Source: Trichoplax adhaerens (lineage: Eukaryota > Animalia > Placozoa). From it: a stretch of 64,000 bases of DNA. Within the stretch, counting starts at the first letter, position 1, and each line of letters begins with the position of its first letter. A program made the position numbers and the translations under genes. The stretch spans positions 4,758,336 through 4,822,335 of the forward strand of contig NW_002060948.1 of the NCBI RefSeq assembly GCF_000150275.1. Direction: 5' to 3'. The notes beneath the pieces were generated by a model. The model was not told where the DNA came from and made no database searches. It was given only the letters and a program-made list of their open reading frames with translations. This document shows positions 52,673-64,000 of the stretch, one piece after another.

Positions 52673-55600
52673 CTGTAAAACATTAATTTTACAGAAGAAT
52701 CACTGGAGAGGAAAAAAAAAAATTTTTTTTCTAAATATCAAAAACGCCTTGTATTTAGCTATAAATTTACATCAATTGAGCTAGAGCTATCGACTGGATT
52801 GTCCGGTATTATAATTATAGTATTAGATAAATTGGAGGTGCTTGCTTGCTGATTGGTTGCTGAAAATTAACGTACAGACAATCATGTTATAATATAAAAT
52901 AAATATGAATGAACTTAAACGTAATATCACTATGAGCTTCTATGAGCTCCTTCCATAGCAATTATAGAACAGGCATAGTACCTACATGATTTAGATTGCA
53001 GATGAGTATCAGTAAACTTTAGTTGATCTTGTAACTTTTTTTCTCTCTGAATTTCTGCAGAAAAATCGGTAAAACAGTTATATGGATTATTGCCCCTAGG
53101 CTATACAATGGATACTAAAAAATGGTGTAGAATACGTGCATCACGTATTTAATGAGCATAAAATTTTCAATTTATTCTTAAATAACTTAGAATTGATATT
53201 TTTAATTACTTGAAGTCACCCCAAAATATGTCCGGCTAGATGCCTTGCCATAATAGTAAGCCATGTCGATAAATATTTTATCAAAAAACGATGAAACCTT
53301 GCTCTTTCCGAAAAAAATTTGATTTTCAAACGACGCAATCGACGACCATTTGCTTGACCGATTCGGCGTAAAAACTGAAATTGTACTGATATTCACGAAA
53401 AGAGCTATATAAAATATGAAAATTTGAACGTATCATTCATGATAGTATAAAAACAGTATGTGGGAAAGTATTGTGGAGTTGTTTTTAACGGTAATTTCAG
53501 TGTTTGTTTTGGTTGTCGTTAGGCATAATGTTTATTTCTATCTAGTTCATAAAAACAATTTGAAAATCTCTTTTGCTCATAATTTAAATTCTATATTTAT
53601 AATATAGTGCCAAAGTTATTCTAAATGTTATGATCAAGCCGATGCATGGTGCACTATAATTTTAAGTCATTAAGTCATTGGTGCAAAGTTGTTGCATTCT
53701 ACTATAAATGATAAACAAGCAGTTCTCAAGACCTAATAAATCAACTCTATAAAAATCCACAGAGTGTTACTTTATCTTTCATGAAATAATGAGGAATATA
53801 TTATCAATTACAGATATTTCCTTGCCGATCTTCAATACTGTAATGGTACGCATATATATGTAAAGGTAGACAACAAACATATAATGTTATTTTTTTGTAT
53901 AAATAGTTCAGTTAACAGTACTTATATGTTTGATCACTCTGCACTATTATTAACTATCTTAATATCGATCACTTTTAAAGCCCTAGTAGAGTATATAACA
54001 TTACTTAATTTTGTGACCTTGATAGCATCATAACAATGACAGATACGCTCTTATGATAAATTTCTAAGGATGACGTACAGTGTCAGTTTTAACACAAAGC
54101 TGATTAGGTTTTTTGTTCGGTATCTGCTAAATAAAATGATGTGAAAATTCAGTACAAGATACAGCATTGCTATAATTTTAATATTCGGTTGGTAATTGTG
54201 TGAGGATGCTAGATTAATCATAATTCAACATTTTTATAGTTAGCCAAAACTCTTACGAGATTTTAATGGCTGAAAATCTGCCAATGATGTTCACGTATCG
54301 TACTCAAAAATGAAGGCATCTCTTTCTTGCAAGAAATAATCGTCTAACGCATAATTATTTCTTCAGGTTCCGTTGATCTTTTTATCAATTAGCTATTATG
54401 ATCTAAGAGATGTAACGTTACGTGCCAAAAGTATTTAGAGTCTTACATCGTCAAGACTTCAGATAAACACTTTTAAAAATACTAGTGTCAGCTTTTTTAA
54501 AATAAGTCTAATCAAATTTAAGATATGAGCATAGTTATCATATAAAATTATTTAAAATCAAATTAAACTTAAGAACGTTTTTGGATGTTTTACTCACAGT
54601 TATAATCTACTACATATATGAACATTGACAGACCTCATAGAACATTAAGATCATAATGATGATCATTGTTCCGCTAAAGAACCTGAACTAAAATATTATT
54701 TCAGTTACTGCTGATGTTACCAGCTTCATATTAGCGTATTAACTTAAATTGCCAATTGTGCTTTATATTTGTATTCAGTCGAGATCTTATAAACAGTAAG
54801 AAAGTAAAGTTCTCATACAAGATTGATTATACATTATTATGGTATGGCAGTAGTTAATTTCCACCTAATCAAGGCAATAAATTTATAGTTTTAAATTTAC
54901 ATGACTACTATATGATATTTATTTCTGGGTATTTCTCCTATCAATAGCCAAAGATTTAAGTTTTAAATTATCCTATTGAGCCAATACTCATACAGCACAT
55001 TTCATGTACTAAATTCATTTTTTTGATTGCCGGTATTTCTATAGCCCCAATTTTACTTCGTTTTGTATAAATTCCACACAATCATATAATATCTTAGTGG
55101 CGCAATATTGCTAATATTTGCATAAAAATTTTTCTTCGATTAGAATCCAGTTACGGAAAATTTCTCGGATATAGTTTCTTGACATCAACTTTCTCGTTTA
55201 TATTTAACATTTATATACTTGCAGGAAAGAACCCTAATTATATATGTGTTTTAATAAATAGAGCAGAATTCAAAATATGATATGATCCGACCTGGTAGGT
55301 GTTGCCCTATTGTATTAAATTTGATAACTGTGATTTTTTAGTCGTATTAGCATCTTACGCGAACAAATTATTTTACACCGACTGCTAGTGCGCGAATGAA
55401 GGCACTGTACGGTACATATCTATATCTCTCAGACGCTATTTTGCTCGCGGAAATAGATTAATCTGAATTATGAGCCTGAAATAGCTTTTTATTGGTTGTT
55501 TCCCTTAAAAGTAGCATATAAAAATATAGATATTATCTGAGGATTCCTATATTAATCTGAGAATCCCTAAATGAGCCCACAACAAACTTTGTATCTATTA

Positions 55601-58059
55601 CTTTTTAAAGTCAATTCCCTTACAATAGGGATACCAGCGAGGATTAAAAGTTGTATAATATACTGTAATTCAAGAAAATACATATCGAAAGCCTAGATTT
55701 TCAAAATGCCTAAAATAAATATCTAAAACTACGAAACAAGTCCTGTTGACTAAAATTCTCATATACAGTACAGTGATGAGCTATATCCCACAGATAAGGC
55801 AAAGTCAATAGGATGACACCTAGGTGAACGTATTTTCCAACTCTTATGGATAATTAAATCAGATCTTTATAGTATCTCAGCTTTTCTTCTAATCGATTTT
55901 CTTTTCATTTAATAGCATAAATGTTGGCTAGACGCGAGTTATAAATTATGTAGAGCACATAAATAAAGTTTTTCTGTTATATATTCTTTCCTAAATTGAA
56001 CCTTATAAGTAGCTCCTAAGCCCTATTTCCGCCTAGTGAAGAATCATAGCATACTTAAGGTTATTTACTGTAGTTAAATCAGCATGTCCTTAAAGTGATC
56101 AATATGATAGGCTTCTTGATAACGCAGAAAACATTACGCGGTTGGTAAAAAAACACGAAGCTCAGAAACTATTGGCATTTTTTTATATTATAGTTGTATT
56201 CTCACTTAGACCATCTTTACTAGGCCATTTATATTTTGAGAATGAATTCCTTTATCTATCGATAACACGAAGCTTGAAAGATTTGTCTGCATAATTTTAT
56301 AATTGCTCGTATGTAAAAGAAATTCGATGCGCTATCATACGGCAATTAAGAACGTGCACCATTAGTTATTTTGTAGTTCTGGAGTTTCAGTTTGTGTAGC
56401 TCTGCGTTATGGTTTTATTGAATTTTCCATAGCATACTGTACATCTTCATATGTGATAATCTGATAATTTAGTTTGATAGTTCTACTGGCAACTGAGAGT
56501 AGGGTTATTTAAGGGGACCGTAATAATTTACTAAATAAAATCGTGAATATGAGTCAGAGTTTAGCACGAGCTGTGGTACCTAATGCGTTAGCAAAGTTGA
56601 ATCCTTAGGAAAACGAGACCCGGCTCTAATAACAAGATGTTGGTACTGTAGAAATAGGCTGAAACATGACTAATTTCTGTAGTTTAGTATATAGATAACA
56701 TTAAAATTTTTAGCTAGAAATGTCAATATTGAAGGACAACCGCGAATTAATACTGATAAAGTTGTCTATAGGAAAAGTACGTTATATTTCTGGATGTAAT
56801 ATCAATTACTAGAAACATTATTTAACACCGAAAAATATCACCGAAAGAATCAATGAAACAATTACAAGTATTTAATATCCGTTTTTAACAATATTATACT
56901 ACAGTTAAATGAGATCTTAGAGCAAAGCCCAGTTGATGTTTAGTTGAACTGGTAGTTTCTAACCCTGTAAATGTTGTAGAAGATTGAATTCACTATTTTT
57001 TTAAATTTACCGTACGAGCTTGCAATGTATTATACGCACATATGAGTACTTTTGCAGATACGCATAGTTAGTGCAAGCAAATGCTTTATAATACCAATTG
57101 AATGTCTTATTTATAATAAACTTGCTATTGATGGTGGACTTAAATGAAATAACGAAGCGAACCTAGTAAAATGATGTGCCGTTTGTGATCAGTTCGTATT
57201 ACGCGTATGTGTTGAATCAGCCCAATGATCTCTCATTACTTGATATAACTTGCTTTATCTTGAGTGTTTACAAAATCACGGTTTGCAGTATGGTGATTTT
57301 ACTACACATCTCAATACCGTATCCTGACGTTCTAATTTCTAAATTGAGCCATTTGTGACCCATGCCTATTTGCATTTGACGATTCCATGCACGTGTAAAA
57401 AATGCGATACCCTTTATACTAATTTTGTTCGGTTATGCACGACACTGTAGTGTATCGTCCTGGCGGGTATACTGCAATTCTACACTATCGCTCTTACGAG
57501 TATGTCGTACTCATCCCATCAATACAGCAAAATACTAGTGGACTTTCTATTTCTGACCGAATTTGCAAGTATTACGGGAGGTATTGAATCTATCCCTTTT
57601 CAGTATTTAAGATTACAGTCTGAAGAGTATAAAGAATTGAAAATATCACTGATAACTATAAACAAGTACAAGTGTTGGGTTTTTCTGCGAAAGGTTAATC
57701 CCATAATAATGAGACTAAGCGGAATGCTATGAAGTGGCATATGCGCGTATACACAGACCATTTTGCTAGCATACATACATGAACGTAGTGGTGAGCAGTA
57801 AAATTAACCTTTTACTTGCTACATCAAAGTACTGAACAGTATTATTACTATCACGAGGGCTAATTCTACTAGTGGTTATCGATGTTTTAAATACACTACT
57901 GTAGATGCTGATCCAGATGAACTATCAATCTCTATTACTGAGATTGTATACCGTGACATATACTCAGTCTCAGTGTATATGACATATATATATATATAGT
58001 CCTAAACTCCTAGTAGATATATTAATTTATTTCAAAATTTGTGTCGTTCGATGACGAAC

Positions 58060-59115
58060 AGTACACTGTACAGTAACTAACATACAGTAAGAGAATATAT
58101 CTAGAATTTTAAATGTAACATTCACAGTAAATTACAGTACTATGTAACTCTACATTGGTCATTTCTAGTCATAATATAGTACAGTATAAATTAAGAGAAA
58201 ATTTGTGGCAACCTTTCTTGAAAGCCACTCGACTTTTGCGAAATTTTCGGCGAGTAACAAAGTACAGTGAATACTGATGGAGTCAGGCCCTCATACAGAC
58301 TATAAAGGTTTTGAACCGAACAGAACCTTTCTCAGGTCACCGTCAGGGGCTTGTAAGACAAACAAATACGAATATTCTACAGTAACACAGTACAGTATTT
58401 CTATTGCTATTAGTACTGTAGGCAGTACTGTAAACCAGTGTCCAAAGTACTGTACTGTATTGTACAATGTACAGTACTGTACGGTAGTGTCAAAGATGTA
58501 CAGTAGTATAAAATACAGTACAGTACAGTACTGAATGATGTGCACAGTACTACTGCATACTGTACTGTGCTACTGTATGATTGGTTTGGGCCACCGTACT
58601 GTATTTCGTCGACCATGCGCACTGCACAGTGCAAGGCTACAGTGTACAGTACTCTTGGTTGTACTGTATACTGTACTCAGTGTACTGTACACTGTACAAG
58701 ATGCGGTGCAGTCTACTGATTATTTATTTATTATATTCAGTCAGAGATTTTCCTCAAATGAATCGAAGATAGAAAGGAAAGTAGTTCTCCATTCCCATCA
58801 GATCGTTCATCGTGACGCAGAAACAAAATCATGACTATCAGAGCACGGAAAGGGAAAAAAGTAATTATGGTATGTTGATAGCACTGATTGGCGAGTACTA
58901 CGAGAAACTATTCTATACAGCCTGTGATGACTCGTAATGTGTAGTAGAATCTTGGAATGAAATTGCTCTACAGTAAAATATAAGCCAACAAACTCGACGT
59001 AATTGAGTGCAAACGTCACTGTACTGTACAGGTGTACCGTAGGGTGATACCTTCTAGTGGACTGTACGGTACTGTATACCACAGTACTGTCTAGTACTGT
59101 AGTTCAATTTTACTG
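58060..59115. promoter_or_regulatory. Large ACAGT/ACTGT-rich island surrounding the SEC62 first exon
   Basis: Dense runs at 58375-58715 and again at 59015-59102, flanking the 30-nt first coding exon at 58831. Confidence 0.72.
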
Positions 59116-62100
59116 CTACAGTAAGATATCAGCCAGATTGATCACCATGACGCCATGCCTTGCAAAAATTGCCAATAATCTTTCCTTGGTGATTGTGGAT
59201 TTTGAAGTTTAAGACTTGCTGGACACCTTTGGGTGAAGACAAACATCAGTAATAGGGACACTGGCACTAAATGATGAAATAGTCTTAATTAGTGCCCAGT
59301 AGATGCGATGCTCCATACTCCAAACTACTATATTAATGAAACTTTGATAAGGTGCTAGAGTAATCAATCGTTTTTCCGTCCGTTTCGTTCCATTGCTAAC
59401 AGCGGCATAAATGGCACAAGGGTTGGTTAGATTCGGTTGAATAATATCGGGTAATATTGGAAAACTAGAATGCTGAGTTTACAAAGTGAACCCAGCTAAT
59501 TTATTTCGCTATCGCTAAGGAGAGAAGCTTTCCATTCCATTGTAATAGGGTTAATATAGTAAAATTCATCTAGGTTATGCCGATGGTGTACGTGTTTTGA
59601 CTTGTAGCGTACGTAGAGCAAATCCACACTCTCCGGTGCAAGGTAATTTCATCGCTTGACAATCAAGTCACAAATCTTATATGTGCGTATATTATACTGG
59701 AAGTGTAATATAGGCATAGATTGAAAATAGAACACATAAAAATCACTGTAGCCTAGGTAGAATTGTCATGGATTGGAATTGTTTCGTGTGATCCTAACAT
59801 CATTTAGCCGTTATAATCAAAATAAGACCTACAAGGATAAACACTACTCCATTTCGATGACAACAATAAATTTTGTATAGCTTTACTAATCTGATTTTGG
59901 GATGCAAGATCTTCACAAAGATAAATACAGCGTCTGTAGAAAAGACGATAGTACTGGGTTGATAGTTCAGGTAGCAGGCACTAGATTCGAAGGTACTATG
60001 ATCATTTCAACAGGCTGTATCATTCCGGATACATTTCAAAGTTTGACTGCTTTAATAACTTTTGGATCAATAGTACTTTTGTATCTTATTTCATATACAA
60101 TTCCATACAATCGAGAAAGACGATTAAGTTAAAATGGTAATTGGTACGTTGAGTTATCGCCCATTGCAGTACCTTATGTCACCTCTAATAAATTTGAAAG
60201 CTTGACTATTTCAATAACTTTCAGATCAACATAGTTAGAATATATTACTTGATCAAGAATTTGCTAAAATATAGAAAACGATAGAGGTTAGTTGCAGTAT
60301 ACACACACGTACGAATATTGTATCCTGTCTGACTGAAACGTATACATTGAGTTGTTGCAATTTTCTATTCGATCATCGCCAGTACCATAAACAACCCTAC
60401 TGCAGTTCCAAAGCGAATATTAGAAGGTTGTTAAAACCAACATTTCTGCAATACTTACTACATTTGATCTAACAGTGAAATTATATCTCTTCCATGGTTT
60501 CAGTTCTGCCAACAGTTTAGTTATACGCAAATGTTGCTATAGCCTAGATTTCAATATGTAGTACAGTATACGTGTATTACTGTTGTTCACTAAAATTCTT
60601 CCATAAGTTTCTATTGTATTTTTGTTGAATAGTGTTTATAGCTGATAATTTAAATTGATGACAAAGCAAATAGTTATTAACGTAAAGTAGTAAGATAGAA
60701 ATCAATTCTTCCTTTTTCTATAAGGTAATATGGCGCACGAACAGTCTGCATGTTGTGATGGAGAAAATTATAAGTTCATAGTTAATGTTTAGCGAGATCA
60801 TTCTTCAAAGCTAAGCAGTCCAATTTCTATCCAATAAAATATCGGTATTATTAAAGTGTTATTCATAAACTATCAAGATAGGAACTGTGGATAAGCATTC
60901 ACATAGTTATTGTCACCCGAATTCGACAATTTCTTAATTACTATGAAAATTGATCATCTTCTACGCTTATATCACTACTTTATCATTCTTTCCTTGTAAA
61001 CTTTATATCTCGCTGATTAATTTACTACTCTGTCAGTAATAAGCTTGACCCTTTAACTATTATACTGTACGTGTATCTCTGTGGACAATGGTACGTTATC
61101 AAAGAAATCACTGAAAGTAACATTGTTTATTATTTGTACCAATGATTTATTCTATTTTAAAGGAGATTGAATCTGAATCCAAATATTTGAAACATAACAG
61201 TAACTAGACATCGTACGTGACGTCTATATGATATAGTTGTGCTCGATTATGCTCATTTAACTACTTTTAAGATTTTAGTAATGCATTATTAAAGGAAGAA
61301 ACTGCAGAATTTATGTTTGTATACCTTGAACTGTGTTACGATAACTGTCAACCTAACGCAGACTATTTTATCATCAATAAGGGTTATACCAAATTTCCGA
61401 AATTAAGCTGTGATAGATTGAAATATACAGAAAAATATAAGACATTTTCAAAATTATTTTCTTGAAATTAGCTATCTATAACTTCAAATGGTAAACATTA
61501 AAATACTGTGGAGGATAACATCAGCAGTGAAGCGATTTTGTCTGTCGTTACTGTTAGACTAATTATAGAATTTTTGCAAAGATGAAAGTCATGAGATTTA
61601 AATAGTTTTTATATACTGACATTAAAGCACTAAATAATTAAGATTTCTATACATAGACAGTAAGCCACTGCATGGCCATTCATTATTCGTAAGCGATATC
61701 AAGAGTACTAAGCCACAATTCAACAAAATGGCCATTATTTATTGCATACAAAATTGAATAGAAATAGGATGATAGCATTCAGACTGTGGTACAGTGCCAT
61801 CGTAAGAGATGACGAATGATGATAGAGCTTAAAATTTTGAAATAAATTCGACTATCTGCGGAATATTCGAGCTTCATCGTTCATCTTTATTCTATATCAT
61901 GTCCGATAAATACATCTTATTGTTGTTTGTTTTTATTGCCGGGAAAGAAGAAGTCAGTTAAACTTATTTCTATAACTCATGTAGGAAGTTGAAGAGCAAG
62001 ATCAACCACCTCAGCAGGAGTCTCCTTTAGACACCAAACTGGTGCAAGAAATTTTAACAGACCTCCGAAAAAATCTAAAAACTAAAGCAGCTCTATTGCA

Positions 62101-63916
62101 TAAAGAGGAAGTGGACTACTTCATTGGTAGTATTTGTATTTATGTAATATAACAACAGGCATTTTTTGATCTATTCATATTTCGTGATAAGTATTTGAAA
62201 AGTATCTACCTATAGAGTACAGGTTCTTAACCCTAGCATATAATGAAATGATAGTAACATACCTGTTTAGATTGGTTAATGACTTGAAAATAACATCCAG
62301 TACCGTTACTGTGTCAGTCATTTTCACATAATTTAAATTTTTTTATAATGATTGCATTAAGATATATCTATAAAACAATTAATAAGACATTATCGTACCG
62401 CCAATAATTGTGCCATCAAAAATTTTTACTCTTTCGGAAATATAACACTTCTCAAGTACGAATGCGTATTTAATTTAACCTTTCATACACTTTAAAATTT
62501 TCGTTCACAAGGTCAACATGCCGTTAACTATCTTATGGACAGTAAATGGGCAACTGGTGATGATGATGCTAAAGTTATATTCGTGGATAGAGCTGATGCC
62601 ATTGAATTTTGTCAACAGTATGTTATTAATATTATTTAGCTCTGATCATTGAAATGGGATAGAAGGCATTACTTATGATTGCTGCTTAAATAAACGGAAA
62701 AGATGTGAGTGTTTTGATTTTGTTACATTTTTTGCGTAGGTTACTTCTGCAACGAAACTTTGTAAGATGTGGCAAAGCTAAAAAGAAAAAGTGGACACCA
62801 TTTAAAGTAGCAAAAAGCAGTACAAGTGATCATGATAAAAATGACGGTGATAGTGAAGAAACTAAAGCGGGAAATGACAATGCCACTAAAAACATCAAAA
62901 CTTCTGATAGCAACAAAGATGAGGATTATAATGATGAAGACGCCAAAGATGATCAGGAACCGAAGGATGACAATATACCGGAAGAGGAGGTATAATATTA
63001 TCAATTCCCCAGTTTTGTTCATACATTAGTTTACATTAGTTATTGCTTGCTAAAAATTTATGATTTTGATAAAGCCGTTAATTTAAATTATGTAGCAGAA
63101 AGAGGGTGCTAAAGATGCTGGTAAGAAAAAGAAAAAAAAGGTAATTTTTATAGTAAATTTCTACATTAATTAAACTACGAAGTAGATAATATGGACTTAA
63201 TATCTGCTATCCGTACTTTACTTGTCCTTCCGCACTGATATATTATTTCTTTGTGAATAATAAAATATCAGATCAAGTTAAAGGAACATAAAGAGCAAGA
63301 GTTCTTAGACTCTGATGATTTGTACGCTTGGATTTTTCAAATCACTAGTCCCTATAATTACCTGATTGGTATAGTCATGAGTAAGCTGCAGTTCATATCA
63401 CATTAGTGTTATTACTATTTTTGTAATTTTATGAAATCTAACGATAATTAAACTTCGTTGTTCACTCACTATAGTGGCCGTATTTATGCTCTATAACCTT
63501 CTACCAATTATGCCCGCCGTGGTTGGTCACTATCTGTCACAATTGAGTACGGTACTACTTTTTATAGTGATAGGTATTATCTGTCTGGCAATAGGTAAGC
63601 ACATATATATATTATTGATCTATATTATACATTACCCCACTATTATTTAAGAAGCAATTGTCGTACTAATCATAGCCGACGTTCGGAAATAGAAGGTTTT
63701 ATATTAATATGTCATTTGAATCAGTTTCAATGTCAATCCTTTTCTTTATGTGTAGGTCGTTACTTATTATTCATATTAGTATGGATGTTTACGCTTGGCA
63801 AGTACCATTTTTGGTTGTTACCTCAGTTATTTGCAGATTGTTCGTTCCTGGAATCTTTTACTCCAGTTTTCAGTTTACAAGAGTATAAACCATCATCGAA
63901 AACGAAAGTAAATTAA
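58831..63916 (+). CDS. SEC62: Translocation protein SEC62; probably continues beyond the right edge
   Basis: Exon 1 MTIRARKGKK|GT (58831-58860), then a ~3.1 kb intron; EVDYFIGQHAVNYLMDSKW (human RVDYFIASKAVDCLLDSKW); KLKEHKEQEFLDSDDLYAWIF; two TM segments; RYLLFILVWMFTLGKYHFWLLPQLFADCSFLESFTPVF (human RCILFLIIWLITGGRHHFWFLPNLTADVGFIDSFRPLY). The last exon either stops at 63916 or splices at GT 63908. Confidence 0.94.
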
Positions 63917-64000
63917 TTCTGTAGTAATAAAATTTGTAATATTCTTTGTTTATTTCTTTGGTTTTTACTTAACCACTGGGTATTATACTAATGGGATATT

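Noticed and set aside
58277-59082. Cluster of overlapping ORFs on both strands
   Set aside because: Same ACAGT repeat artefact; only the 30-nt SEC62 exon 1 is supported.

Overview
AT-rich eukaryotic (animal) genomic DNA with short GT-AG introns. The compact gene structure, clusters of intronless GPCRs and dense ACAGT/ACTGT tracts suggest a placozoan (Trichoplax-like); this is inference. Gene order: NPHP4 (minus, 5' part, runs off the left edge), head-to-head with WDR70 (plus). Next is a ~27 kb gene-poor stretch with one GPCR pseudogene, three intact intronless rhodopsin-class GPCRs, solo-LTR-like elements and a degenerate tandem repeat. Then come a Frizzled-CRD receptor tyrosine kinase (ROR/MuSK-like), a cationic amino acid transporter (SLC7A1-4 type, minus), a tyrosine-recombinase-fold gene that appears catalytically dead (minus) and SEC62 (plus). 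The most interesting signals are three. (1) A spliced, open tyrosine-recombinase-derived gene with substituted or truncated catalytic motifs, a candidate domesticated DNA-binding protein. (2) ACAGT/ACTGT 'islands' confined to the 5' ends of the conserved genes and absent from the GPCR/RTK region. (3) An LTR-like element present once with a 5-bp TSD and once as a one-end-truncated copy with a 29-bp target duplication. Exon boundaries were read by eye and are approximate. Homology calls come from recalled protein motifs, not database searches.
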